DNA of 64,000 nucleotides from Amoebidium appalachense (GCA_963693365.1 CAVNZM010000001.1:20530125-20594124), one strand, 5' to 3'; counted from the first letter of the stretch, positions 25,564 to 39,696 are shown. Notes: generated by a model not told the origin, from the sequence alone. A program made the numbers and translations.

Positions 25564-28500
25564 TTAATACACCTCGAGGATGTAGCGCTCCTCCTCCTTG
25601 AGGTTAATGAGGCGCATGTTGGCATCGGCCTCGGACAGCCCACCGGCCTGCACAAAGCTGCCGACAATGGCGTCGCGCACGTCGCCTGCGGGCCAAGTGG
25701 GGCCGCACAGGTAGAAGTGGCCGTCGCCCTCGTTGAGGTACTTGTTGAGGATCTCCTTGTCCTCGGCCATCTTGTGCTGGATGTACACCTTGTGCGGCTG
25801 GTCCCGGCTGAACGCCAGCCGCAGACCCGTCAGCAGGCCGTCCTGGGCATAGGCCTCCAGCTCCTCGCCGTACAGGTACTCCTGGGCGCACGACCGGGAC
25901 CCAAAGTACAGCACCATGGGGCCCACCTTGACCCCCCTTGCCTTGTGGTAGGCCCGCTCCTGGATGAACGCCCGGAAGGGGGCCATGCCGGTGCCCAGGC
26001 CGGACATGATGACGGGCTGCTCGTGGCGGGGGGGCAGGACCATGACAGAGGGCTTGACCGAGACCGTCATCTTGGAGCCCACTGGCAGGTCGACCAGGTA
26101 GCGGGTGCACTGGCCCACCTTGTAGGCGCCGCTGGGCGTGGTCCAGTCGTGCAGCACGACCAGCAGGTGCACGCTGTCGGGGTGCATCTTCATGCTGGAC
26201 GCAATCGAGTAGTGGCGGGGCTTGATGGCCGGCACAATCTCGATCAGCGTCTGGATCGACGGGTGTGCCGAGGGGAACTCCCTGAGCAGCTCTGCATAGG
26301 TGACGGCCTCGTCCACGCGGGCCTTGAAGTCCTCCTTGCCGTCAGCCGAGGCAATGGTCAGCAGCTTCTCCTTCTCCACGGGGTCGCTGGCCAGGTCGGC
26401 CAGCTGCTCGTAGAAGCGCTTGCTGGGCCGCCCAAACAGGTCCAGCACCTGCTCCAGCCAGTGGTACACTGTGCGCGTCTCCACAAAGCCTGGGCGCTCC
26501 TTGTTGCGGCTGACCGACACCACGTCGTCGGCCTTGAGCCCGTACCAGTGAATGAACTCGCGAACCTCCTGGTCGTCGTTGTGCCCATACACCCCCAGGG
26601 CATCACCAATCTCGTAGCGCAGCCCGGTGCCGCGGATGTCCATCTCCAGGTGGAACACGTTGCGCTCGTAATCGCTGGGCGTCAGGCGCTTGTTCTCCGT
26701 CAGCGTGACCGTGTAGCAACCCTTCTCGGCCGGGTGCACAAGGTCCTCGGTGGCGTACTCCTCGCGGAAGATGGCCTGCCAGGCGGCCTGGTGCCACTTG
26801 CTGAGCTTGCGCTGGGGCACGGGCACAATGCCGTATGCGCTGTGGGGCAGGATGTTGCCGTCCACGGCCTTGCGCAGGGGCACGGCCGCAGCAGCAGCAG
26901 CAGCCTCCTTCTCCTTGGGGTCCTCGGGCTCGGGGTCCTTGGCCTCGGCCCAGCCAGCAGGCACCCCGACCTTGGTCAGGGCTGCCTCACCCTTGTCGGC
27001 CGCCGCAACCGCGCGCTTGAGGGCCAGGTGGTCGGCAAAGAGTGAAGGCAGGGCAGCACGGAACTGCTCGGCATGCACACCGTCAGCATGGTCGCCAAGG
27101 AAGACCAGGGCAGCCAGCAGCACCTGGTGGGCCGGGTAGTTGGGGTCGATCTCGTAGGCCACCTTGGCGGCATCCAGCAGGTACACCTGCGCCTTGGCCT
27201 CAGCCAGTTGGCGCTTAAGCGCTGCCGGCAGCTTCTCCTCCAGCTGCTCGGCCGTCCAGTCCGTGTTGAGCAGCAGGGTGCCCCCCTGGTTGAGCGACGC
27301 CACAAAGTCGTACTTGCCCACCAGTCCCACGTTGTTGACGGCCACCACGTCGGCATGCAGCACGCTGTAGGGGGCCGTGAAGGGCACGGGGCTGATGCGC
27401 AGGTGGGTGTTGACCACCCCGCCGTGCTGGTACGTGTCGTGCTGCTGCTGCAGCTGCACGTGCAGGGTCGAGGCATTGGCCACCTGGCGCAGACCATCGG
27501 CCAGGGCGTGGGCCGTGCCGTCGGCATCCATGTCCCACAGCTGGTACTGCGCAATGAACTCGGGCACGGCGCTGCAGTCGTCGCCAGTGGCCAGGTCCGA
27601 TTCAGTGCCGGCACCCACCGTGAAGCCGTTGCGGGGTGTGGGCTGGGCCAAGTTGTCAAACACGGCCTTGGCAGCCGCAGCAGACACACCCTTGCCCTGC
27701 AGGCGGCCACCAACCACCAAGGGAGCCGAAGCATCGAAGCTGCCGTTGTGCACCGACGCCACCACGTCGAGGTAGAGGGGGCCAAAGGCGCTGCCGTTGG
27801 CCGATGTAGCATCAATCACGGCCAGCGACTTGACAGTGGCGGGAATGGCAGCCAGGAAGCGCTCGGCCGACCAGGGACGGTACAGGCGCACCTTGAGCAC
27901 ACCCACCTTGGCGCCAAGCACGCGCAGCAGACGCACCATGTCGTGGAAAACCTGGGCACCGTGGCCCATCACCACCACCACGTGCTGGGCATCGGGTGCA
28001 CCCACATACTCGAACGGGCTGTAGCGCACCCCCAGCGTGTCCGAGAGCTCGCGCATAACACTGTCAACAATCTCGGGCACCTCCTGCTTGGGTGGGGGTG
28101 CAACGGTGTGGCGCTGCTGGCGCTGCTCCCTGAACTTGGCCACATCACCGACCTTTGCGGCAACCTTGGCCAGCTGCTCGGAGGGGGTGTGGTTCACCGT
28201 AGCCACCTCGGCCCCGGTGAATGCCCCATCGTAGAAGTGCACCACGGGCAGGCGGGCGCGCAGGGCCACAAGGTGGGCAATGACGGCCATGTCGTGTGCC
28301 TCCTGCACACTGTGCGAGCTCAGAATGGAGGCACCAGTGTGGCGCACACCCACAACCTCGGAGTGGTCGACACCGACAACCAGCTCCGAGCTGAGAGAAC
28401 GTGCCTCGACGTGGAACACGGCAGGGAGGCGGTCCTGCGAGACGCGGTGGAGGTTGGGGTGGAAGTGGCGCAGACCCTCAGAGGAGGTGAAGACCGTGGA

Positions 28501-29496
28501 CAGCTCACCAGTGGACAGGGCACCGTGCACGGCACTGTAAAGGTGGTCACATGTTAGTACCTTGCATGTGCACTGCTGGATACCAAACAAGAGGAAAGCG
28601 TAGACCTACTTGAGCAGAAGGCTCAACCGAAGGCTCAACCGGGCGAACCACACAAAGACAGGACAGCACACCAGGATCTGAAAAACAGCACCAGAAAACT
28701 ACACCAGCCTTGCATGCCAACTAGGTGTAGAGTTGGTGCAATCACAGCAGATCCCATCACATTGCTTGAATGTAAACCAGGCAAAAGGCAGTCCACCAAC
28801 ACAAAACAACACCTAAGCTGCACTGAAGCACAACACGGGACACGAAAGGCAGCTCTAAGAACAGCATCAGAGGGCGACAGCACCACAGACCCAGCACCAC
28901 AGACGTATTGCACTCACAACACGACTAGCCACACCAGGATCCACAACTGTTCCGACAAAAAGGCCGATCACGACCAAAAGCCAACCACGATCAAGTCCTA
29001 CAAGCCAAACAAGATCCACAAGTGTTCAAAGTCCACAAGTGTTCAAAGGAAAAACAGATGAAACAGCGCGTCAACAGTTAATAAGCCTTCCATCGTTCAA
29101 AGTGAAAGCAACATACCTGCCAGCACCAGACTTGACCTGCAGGCGCACGGTCTTGCCGACCTGTCCAAAAGCATTCTGCTCACCATTGCGAACAAAACCG
29201 TTGATCTCCTCACCCAGGTAGGCCGAGGGTGCCGAGGGATACACGAAGGAAATGTCACTAAGGCTGTAACCAACGTGGGCCACAGCAGAGCGCCCGCTAA
29301 CTGTCTCGGTCTTGCGCTCAAACTCGACGGGAATGACCTCCGTTGAACGCCTACGGCTAGCAGCGATGATGGAAGGCCGGGGGGCCAAAGCTGCGCTAGC
29401 AATGGAACCCTTCTTCAGAGGGCTGGCCGCAACGGGGGCCAAATCCGTGTCGTCGACAGCGGCACCGGCCTGCATGTTATGTGGTACGGGTGCCAT
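25564..29496 (-). CDS. MET10: Sulfite reductase [NADPH] flavoprotein (alpha) subunit, fungal Met10-type, ~1116 aa, 2 exons (29496-29117, 28534-25564)
   Basis: A phase-2 intron joins ...KSGAG|SAVHGALSTG. PFOR-like N-terminal domains (SVQEAHDMA, PFEYVG, KVRLYRPWS) precede FAD/NADPH modules (YEIGDALGVY, PRHYSIASS, GLGTGMAPFRAF, LYFGSR, AFSRDQ, FYLCGP). The C-terminus is RYILEVY as in fungal Met10. Confidence 0.92.
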
Positions 29497-29639
29497 TTTA
29501 CAAATGCAGTATACACTGACTAACCAACAGGTTCAATCCTAGAGCAAAAAGTGAAAATGTGTACTTCTGCCCACCGCTATGCCTTAGAAAGTGCAGCGAA
29601 TGGTGCAGCGAATCTGAGGTGTAAACGATGAATCTGGGC

Positions 29640-30070
29640 TTATATAGCTGGTAGGGCACTCGATCAGGCAGAGTTCGCAAGCTGTGATTGGCCCAACAGC
29701 ACAACTTGTATTTGATTGCTCTCTGCTGCGCTCTAATTGGTCCTTCGAGCGAGGGATCTAGCAGTGAAGTCACGAGCATTTGATGCCCATTTTTTGGGAG
29801 ACGGGGCAAATTGCAAATCATGCTGTCTTCTGATTGGCCATTCAGTGAGCCGCCGGCGATCGGCATGCGCAGCCGGGGCCCGGCCCATGGCGATCTATTC
29901 TAGTTGGATAAGAGCAAGAGCAATACAACTTCATTTGCTAGAATTTTAGCCTAAACTGCCTATCATTATTTCCATTCAAGACTACTTAAGAAACTCTGAA
30001 CTTTGAAGGCAGAAGAACAGGGTGGACAAAGCTCAAAAGCAGCCCCGATCTCCCGTGCATATTTGATTGG
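29640..30070 (-). promoter_or_regulatory. Putative Met10 promoter: TATA box plus co-oriented CCAAT boxes
   Basis: Minus-strand TATATAA at 29640-29646, ~145 bp upstream of the ATG. CCAAT (plus-strand ATTGG) at 29687, 29736, 29833 and 30066. Confidence 0.5.
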
Positions 30071-32226
30071 CTTCCGTTGGCGCCAGATGCTTTTTGTAAT
30101 TTCGCTGAATAAAGTTGTCCAGTCCCTAGAGCAGCTGTTGGGGTTCATGGGAAAAGCAACCAAAATAGTGTGCTGGTCAAAAAATTCAAATGAAGAAGAA
30201 TGTAAACGGTACCGATAAAGCTTCAATTTTATACCATCAAAATAGCAATATAAATAATTTTTTGGCATGCCAAAATTATGTTATGCAATCCAAAATTCTA
30301 AATAATTCCAAATGTTACGCGTCGTTTAACAGTTGCCATTCCAAGGTAAACTTTCGATGCGTTCTAATATCCCCCCTGATCAAGCAGGTGCACGTGGACG
30401 ATGTAAAATTAGTACTCCAACAGCCGCTCGGAATATGCTAATCGAGGCGTTAGTGATCAAGGATATACACATCATTTCATCAACACAAAATCAGTTTAAA
30501 TTTTTTGATTGAACCTTATCTAGTTTCCATTACTTTGTTAGTAAAATATAAACGTTTGTTTGGGGAAGTGGCAACACGTGTGTTTGTTGAGAGTGGTGCT
30601 GTAGCAGCCAATAACCTTGCACTAAAAATACTGGCTCACAGGTAATGAGAGACCCTTTTGATTGGTTAAAAATAACGGTGGCTAGGTTTCCTTCTATTGG
30701 CTAGCAAGACTGATTTAATTATTGATTTCAGACATTCTATTGGCCTCAAAAATCTAATTTAGGGCTTATTCTATTTCCGTCTGTATTAGTTGCATACAAT
30801 TGGTCTGTAATCATGCAGCTTGTATGAGCGTCTGGAATGGTTGTGTCATGCCGCTGCGGCCGCGCAGTCACGGTGGCGCTGCCCATGGCCATAGCCTACC
30901 TGTACAGCGACTACCGTCGCAAGTTGCCTGTTCGACGTGCAGTTGGAGAGAGGCTGCCTCTGTGCCATGATGCATACGCAATAAAAGTAGCCCTCTTACC
31001 TACTTGAAAGAGTGGGTGCGTTACCAAGATCTAGCCGAGTATGTAGAGCCGCTTTGAGCACGGTGCCTGAACCCCAAACGCCGGACCCTGATCTGTGCAG
31101 GTCCAGGCAATGCACTTGGCCAATGGACGCAGGCAATGTGTGTTAAAGTGGATACGCGGATGTAGGATAGTTACAAGCGCTAGGTATGGCGTTTGTGGCG
31201 TAGGTTCTGCTTTTTTTTTGTCGTAACGATCAATCCCTTTAAGTGAGACAATGTTGGAAGACATAATCTGGGGGCCCGTAGGGGTATGCTGGGTGACATC
31301 CCCATGCAGATATGACAAACATGATGGCCTACACATGTTAGCATCGTGTCACACGCAGTCATTTGGACAGATACTCTTCCTCGCACACCATTCACTCCGG
31401 CTGCCGAGCCTCGTATCTGGGCACAGATTACGCAACGGGCCTATGGATATCCTGTCTAGAGATGTAGAACCTGCGACCTCAAACGTGCACATGCAAGGAA
31501 AAACAAGCAAAGTTGCATGCTGTGATGAATCACTTTGTATGTAGTGTGTACATCGCTCACAGGTGATACGTGCGCACATGCATGTGTACACCGTACACAG
31601 GACAGATACGCGCACATGGCACGGCACATAACTACTATAAAAATAGGAATGAACACAAGCTTTTTGCCCAGGAACACATGCCATTGGCGGCACTGCACAC
31701 CCACACACTGTAAACACACTTGTGATGTTACGGTAACCTGCGCCTGCACAGTCCTCTACTCAGATGGCATAGCCCATGATGATACTGCCCGTCATTCAAT
31801 ATGTGCACCTCTATCACACGGCATGGTCAGGGCACAACTGAGTGCAAGAGTATTAAATTGTTTAATAAAGCATTCGCTGAGTATATGTGTGTGTGTGTAC
31901 GTGTGTGCTTGTGTGTGTGTGTGTGCGTGTGTGTGTGTGTGTGCCCGCTGTTCTGATAGGTGTGCACACAAAATCAAAACCGCCGCACATGCATATGAAT
32001 CGACCTACATATATATATATCCTTGCTCATATATAAGCCCATAAAAATACAAATCCGTGACAAATCCGTGGAGCCACGGACTGAGCCACACTGCTGCGTA
32101 CACGCGCACATACACCCACACACATGTCTACGAAAACCACAAGTATATTTTCTACACTCATGCATATCTACACGCATATCTACACGCATGCATATCTAGA
32201 CCATGACCCCAGCACTCTCCGATACA

Positions 32227-33369
32227 TCAGTCATCCACCACAATGGGCCCGTCCTCATCGTCCCCCGGTGTGGCCGTCCTCCGGGGGGATGCCACGTGAC
32301 TGCTTGCATGTGATTGGGCCTCAGACCCAGCCTCTGGGGCAGGCGGTGCCTCCGACGCACTATCTCCCTCCACGTCTATCTCGTCTGCCTCTCCATCGTC
32401 CCCCCTCTTGCCTGCATCCTGCAAGGGCAGCACCGGTAGTGTCGGCAGTTCTGCATCCCCATCCTCCTTCTTTCCCTCCGTAAAAAACCCATCCACCCGT
32501 TGGAAACCCCCGGGCTTTCGGTGCCTGGCTTTTTGCTCATCACCCGCCTGACTAGCCATATACTTTTCCATGAGCCCCCCCACTCCTGCTGTTGTGGTGG
32601 TAGTAATGGTGGGTGGCACCGAAGCAGGTTGTTGGTCTGATGGGAAGAAGAGGGGGGCAGTGATGGGCGGTCAGTCTGGTCGTCAGCATCCAGGTCCATG
32701 GGCTCATATGGCGCATTGCCAATGCTCTCCATCACCGTCTGCTCGCTGTCTGGGGCTGCCTCCACCACCGTGGGGGCCTCCTCCTTGTCCTTGCGGGGGG
32801 TCTTATTTGGTCTCCTGCGTGCCTTGGTGGGTGCCGCAGTGGCCGGGGTGCCTGGCTGGCTGCCGTCGGGTGTGGGTGTGGGGGTGGTGCCTCGCTCACC
32901 GTCACCCCCCTCTGCAACAGTCTCCCCCCCCATTCGGGTCGGCTGCAGTCGACACCGATGCGGTCCTGGCCCGTTTGGCCCGTGGCTTCTTGGGCTGCCC
33001 GTCCTCCCCCACCTCGCTCGGTTTGCGTTTGCGTGCAGGCGCTGACCCTGGGGGCCGGGGGGCGGCAGGCTGACGGCGCTTAGCAAGGACTTGCTGAAGG
33101 AATCCCCCCACCTCACGGAATATCTTCTGGTCACAGGCATGCTGGGTGGTCCCCATGCGCTGATACTGTAGACCCCCCCCGCAAGAAATATCGTCAAACA
33201 TGTGCTCGGAAAAACCAACAGTGCATACGGTGCAATGAAAGGAAGCGGGACAGGGATGTGTGTTCGTAACAGTGTCCGTGCGTATGCTCCTATAGTTATG
33301 TCTCTTCCTTCCAGTTGTCTCAGGTTTTTTTGTTTTTTTTTCCTCGTATGTTTGTGTGTGTGTGTGTTG

Positions 33370-33414
<45 letters not shown>

Positions 33415-33554
33415 CCACTTGGAGCCCATTTACACATGTATTTAAGTACAGACCACCAGCTAAAACACCACACAAAGCAATACACATGAACAGAGACACA
33501 CGCTATCACACTTAAAGAAATGGACTGACGAACACAGGCAGGACAAAGATAAAA

Positions 33555-33591
<37 letters not shown>

Positions 33592-33729
33592 ACACAGACA
33601 CACATATACACCCCCACCCCCACCCCTAAACCACACAAAGCAGCCAACACGCCTGCTCCCATACATGCACGTGAACACACAAACCCTCACACATAAAGGA
33701 AATCAGGGACGGCATGAACAAAGGAGGAA

Positions 33730-33764
<35 letters not shown>

Positions 33765-34321
33765 GGGGGGGGAGGGAGGGTTAGGGTTAAGAGGGAGAAG
33801 ACAGAGAGGACAGAAAAGGATAGGGAGAGCGAGACAAGGCGAGGGAGCACGTGGCTGATGCACACGGTACCTTCCACTCGGACATGAGGGCATCGTCAGC
33901 GCCAGGTATGACCTGCAGCACACTGCTTGCACTGCGCACCTGCCGCCTCACACGCTCCATGTCCCCCAGAGGGCACCACGTGCTATTGGTCCCCACAAGA
34001 AACAGGGAGGGCGTGCCCTTGAGCTTCAGAAGTGTGTCGTCTTTTTCACTGAGAGTGCGAAGGGGATAGCCCAGACACACAACGGCATGCACGCGGTGTT
34101 GCGCACCAAGCTGTGTGTGTGTGTGTGTGTGTGTGTGCGTGCGTGTGTGTGTGTGCGTGCGTGTGTGTGTGTGTGTATGTGTGTGTGCGCGCGCACGTGT
34201 GTACGTGTGTACATGTGTGCGTGTGTGTATGGGTCGGGTTGGGTACATGTCGTGTGCACATGTGTCACAGGCATCCGGAAGGACGAGAAGAGGGGGAGAG
34301 GGGTTGACAAATGAGGACAGT

Positions 34322-34373
<52 letters not shown>

Positions 34374-34788
34374 TGGATGGTTAGAATGCAAGACCACAAA
34401 AAATAAAACGAAGGCGAAAGTGGGGGCGGCGCAGGGCGGGGCGGAGAGGGGTGGCAAGATTACGAATAAAAAAATAAAAGAAAAAACCGGGGGGAGGGGG
34501 GGAGAGAGACGATGACTTCAATGCAAAACTACGAAGCCAGAACCCAAGAAAACCCCCCCGGGGGGGGGGGGGGGGAGGGTTGCATCGCAAAGGTTAGGAA
34601 AGGGATATGTGAATAAACACGGATGAAAATGCAGACTTCAACTAGTTGAGATAGCAACTCAAAGGAGTAAGTGCATCTGGGGAGGATTAGATAAAGTAGG
34701 TACACTGTGTGTATGTGCTGGTGTGTTGTGTGTGCGGCTTGGTGGTTTTCGTGCTCGCAACCAGTGAGGGTGTGTGTGCATGTCTGTG

Positions 34789-34848
<60 letters not shown>

Positions 34849-34877
34849 CGAGTGTGCGTGTGTGTGTGTGTGTGTGT

Positions 34878-34914
<37 letters not shown>

Positions 34915-36259
34915 TGTGTGTGTCCCTGCGTGCTTCGGATTGAGAAGATAGGGGCGGACTCCACTCTCGTGTCTGAATATGTCAGCATCTGTATGTACGG
35001 CTGTGTCCGTGCAGGGGAGGGGGGGAGGGATGGGGGGGAGGGCATGTACCTGGCATGCGATGCGGGCGCCAATCACGTGACCCACCAGCACTACCGGTGC
35101 CTTGGGAGTCTCCTCCCGAATCTGAAGGCACCTTACGTAAGTAAATTCCCACCAAACACCTACAAGCCATCTATGAAAACCCATACATTAAACACCACTC
35201 TTCACAAGAAGGCATCAATGTGGACACCATTACGTAATAAATCACCCTAGACACCCACACACTTCTGCCCTCAGGAAAGGGGATAATAGCGGAGGAATAA
35301 AGGCGGAAACACAGGTGCACTGTCTGAGCACAGCCCCCCAGCCACCTGCCCCATTCCGAGCACGCACCTTGCGCAGTGCCTGTGTGGCTGCATGTGCCGC
35401 CAGCTGGTATCTCTCGTGGCCGTGCACCGTGCGCCTGCCCAGGTCCCCGTCCACACACACCACCCGCCCCAGCTGGCCCAGCCGGCCCGTCAGCCCGATG
35501 CTGCTCCATGGTGTGTCCCCCGGCACAAGCACAAACACCGGGTCCCCACGTGGGAACTTGAACTGGGGGGGTGGAGGGGTAAGTGGGTGGTCAGGAGAGT
35601 GGTGGTGGTGGTGGTGGGGGGGGGGGGGGGGGGGGGGGGGGGTTGAACGCGGAACTCGGTATGCAGTACACATACACGATGAGAAGCATGGTGCAGGACA
35701 CATGCAAAGGCAAACATTCAAGTATGCAACATCAGCAATGCACACAGTATGCGTCATAAGCAGAGCCCATCCTCAGGGAGGGCCAATTGCGTCTGAGTTT
35801 CGACCCCTTAGCCCGCGCATATACGACGCTCCAACTCAGACAGCAGCATCAGCTGAAGTGGGAGGGTCAACCCGTCTTGATCAAACACGAGCAGGGTTGC
35901 TTATGCAAGCAAGGTGAGCAAAACAGTGAAGATGTGTGTGCAAACTAATGCAGTGCAGCGAAAAATGTGTATGTGCTTACAGATGCACAACACAGATCAA
36001 CCATGTTCGGTTGCATGGAAGTAAAGCTGTCCCCACACAGTGGTCTGTCCTGAAAGGACACCTCTGAAAGAAGACTGGGGGGGTTTTGAGGGGGGAGCGG
36101 GGGAGGGGGGGGGGGGGGGGGGGGGGGGGGAGGGGGGGTAGGATATGCTATAGAGTACGAAGTGCACATCCATAACGGACAACAAATGCAAAGTGCAAGC
36201 GACATGAACATGCATAATAAGCAGGGCCCGTCCTCAGGGGGGGCCCAAGTCCTCTAGAG

Positions 36260-36292
<33 letters not shown>

Positions 36293-36482
36293 TGAGGTGT
36301 AATGTGTGTGCAGGTGCATGGGTAGGAGGGTGCCCGTGTGTCTGTGTGGGCGCCGGGCGGTGGTGGTGGTGGTGTGTGTGTGTGTGGGGGGGGGGGGGGG
36401 TTGCTCATGCGAGTGTAAGTTCTATGGATAGGGATATGCCTATATGCGGGTTTGCTTGCAAGAATTGTGTGTGTGTGCTCGC

Positions 36483-36548
<66 letters not shown>

Positions 36549-37469
36549 GTGTGTGTGTATGCATAACATGTGTCGTTCAAAAATCGGTAAAAGACACAGC
36601 TGGTGCTTGGCCATTTCCTGTGTAATCAGCACAGAGAGGCCCATCAGGCCTACATTAACACTGACAACCAGAGCAGTGCTTACAGACTCCTTTTAACCAA
36701 ACACAGGCAAGGGATATCAAAAAGGAAGGCATGAGTTGTGTTCGCAAAAGGGTTTCGGGTCACTGGATGTGTGCAGGCTGCCGTGTAATGATATATATGC
36801 AGGAACAGAGAAGACGGGAGGAGGGGGGAGGAAGGGAGAGAGAAAGGAGGGGCAGGAGGGGGCAGGAAGGGGGGGTGGGGGGGGCGGGGGGGACAGAGAG
36901 AGAGGGAGCGTGAGAGGGACGGGGGGAGTGAAAGAGTGTGTGTGTGTGTGGGTTGGTGATTGAGCGCAGGTGGTGAGAGTATGTGTGGGATTGTGTTTTC
37001 TCCCTCTGCCATGTCTTCTTCTCCTTCTAACTTACTTCGTTTCTTTCTGTCCTCAGTTTCGCTACTCTGTTCGTTTCTTTTATTCTTTTCTTCTTCCTCC
37101 GTACGAAGGGGGGAAAGGTGTTGGTCCTACCTCCACATCTTCCGGGTTTGGAAAGTCGGGGAAGAGGGGAGATGTGAGCACACTGGGCAGTTCGAGGTTG
37201 TGTCTAAACCGTTCAGACGAGTTGAGATTGAGCAGGCCTCGTGCCTCAAACAGGGCGGGGGTGCGGGTGTACATGTATCGAAAGAGATCCACCCACACCA
37301 CTAGCAGCTCTCTGTGCATAGCCATATTCGGTTATTGCCAGCCAGGTATGACTGGTTCACGGGACTACGGGGGTAAATGAGGCTGGATTGTGGCCAAGTT
37401 AGGTTCAGCAAACCAAATTTCAGATGGGTCTTGAACAATTAACCGCCCGATGCGCATTTCCTTCTCCCT

Positions 37470-37523
<54 letters not shown>

Positions 37524-37923
37524 ACATGCACACCCATCCACCCTCCCCCTCAATCTCCCCCACATACACATCCATTCCCCTACCCCTAGGGGGAAAACAC
37601 CAGCACACGCACGCCAGCTAGCACACTGTTGACATGCTGCACAGGCCCGTCCACCACCCACCCACCAATACATCGCCCATGTCTTTGGCCTGTATTCCAC
37701 CTCTGCCTTTTGTCCCACCAACACATGCCTCCACTCACCCAAACACAAATCCCTAGTCCCCTCATCACTCTCCTTCCTCTTTCTCCTCTCCTCCCCCTCC
37801 CCCCTTCTCCCCCTCCGGGCACCAAACCAACACACCACAATCCCGCCACAGCCCTCCCTCCCCCCCCCCCTAAACACACACACACTCTGCCCACTCACTC
37901 AACTCCCCCCTCCCCACCCTCTC

Positions 37924-37959
<36 letters not shown>

Positions 37960-39639
37960 ACCAACATCCCCCCCCCTTCTCCTCTCCAGAAAATAAAAAA
38001 TAATATATAAACCATCCACCACCACCACCATCCCATCCGCCTTTCCCCCTCCCCTCCCTCCCCTCCCCCCCCCCCCCCCCCCCCAAAAAAAAAAAAAAAA
38101 AAAAAAACATCCACAACCACCATCTTCTTCCCGCCCTCTCTCTCGCTCTTTCTCCCCCCCTCCCCCCCCCCCCCCCCTCCCCACCTTGGCAGCAGGTCCA
38201 GCAGGGTGACGTTGAGCCACTGCAGCAGTCTGCCCTCCCACTGCACACTGGCAAACACCCGCCGTAGCTGCTCGCTCGTCTTCTCGATCTGCACACGTGC
38301 TAGCAGGTGCTCACGTACTGTGTCCTGCGCTCATGGTAAGTGAGTCATGTGCATGCATGGTGCTGGTGTCTCAGCCTCACTGTTGATAATATGGGGGGGG
38401 GGGGGGGGGGGGGGAGGGGAGGCACAGGAACTGCCTTGATCTGCCACGAAGTTGCGCGTCAGTAGAAACAGCAGAAAAGCGAAGGGAAGGGGACACGGGT
38501 GGGCAGAATGGTGGGTGGTAACAGGAGGGGGGGGGGGGGGGGGGGGGGGGCAAATGGAATTCAGGACGAGTATTCCCTATGCACATGGGCCAAATACTTG
38601 GACTGGCATGGCAGCTACAAGAAAATCTACAGGAAAAAATCGTAATAATCTCAGCCCCCTCATCATGACAGCTGGGAAGCAAGAAGGGATAAAGCGGAGC
38701 TAGGGGTTTGCGGGACAAGGAGGGGGGGGGGGGGGGGGGGGGGGAGAGCCGTGAGTTATAAAAAGAAAATCACGTGAATGCCACCCATCCACCCAACACC
38801 CATCCATTCATCTACGCCAGTTCTCCTCTCCCCCCCTCCCCCCACGCATCCTTACCTCCCGCCCCCTTTCTTCCCCCCCCCCCCTGGAAAACGCAAATAC
38901 ACATACACAACAACAACAAAAGCACACGGCGAGCACACCCACACCCACACCCACCCAACCACCCAACCACACACACACACACACACACACGGGGCACGCA
39001 CGTGGAAGACCAGCCTAGCCAGCCTGTTTGAGTCCAGCAGGGCCAGCACCCTCTCAAACACAAAATGCTGCCGGGCAGTCCACGGTAGGTTGCTGCGGTC
39101 AGGCAGGCTGTCGTCAAGTGACCTGGGGGAAGAAAGCAGGTGAGGTTGGGGAAGTAAAATGTGTATGGGGTTAAAGGGAGGGATGGGGTATGAGGAGGTG
39201 GGGGGAGAGGAAAGGAGGCGGGTCAGTAGGTGGAGGGATGGACGGGGGGGGACGGGGGGGGGGGGGGGGGGGGGGGGGTTTGACGGAGAGGATGTGAGAC
39301 GGTGACTGGAGAGGCTTATGTAAGGCCTTCGTGTATGTAGGAGTCCGTGAGCAGAGGCTTCACATTCAGATAGAGCAGGTATGCACATAAAGGCCTGCTG
39401 GCGTTGTTTGTGCATCAGGCAGGCAAGTATAAGCCCAAGGTGGTGCCTGTATGTGTGTATGAAGTGCACAAGCACGTGTGGTTGCATGGGTGCACTGGCG
39501 TGTGTGATCGCGTCCGATTAGCATATTTACGAGCGCGTGCGCATGTCAAAGTGCGTGAGCATGAAAATGTGTATGTGTGTGCATATATGTGCACGTGCAT
39601 GTGTGAGTATGTGTGTGTGGGGGGGGGGGGGGGGGGGTG

Positions 39640-39696
<57 letters not shown>

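Noticed and set aside
25420-28557. 541-aa and 494-aa plus-strand ORFs
   Set aside because: Antisense shadows of the GC3-biased Met10 exon with no recognisable motifs.
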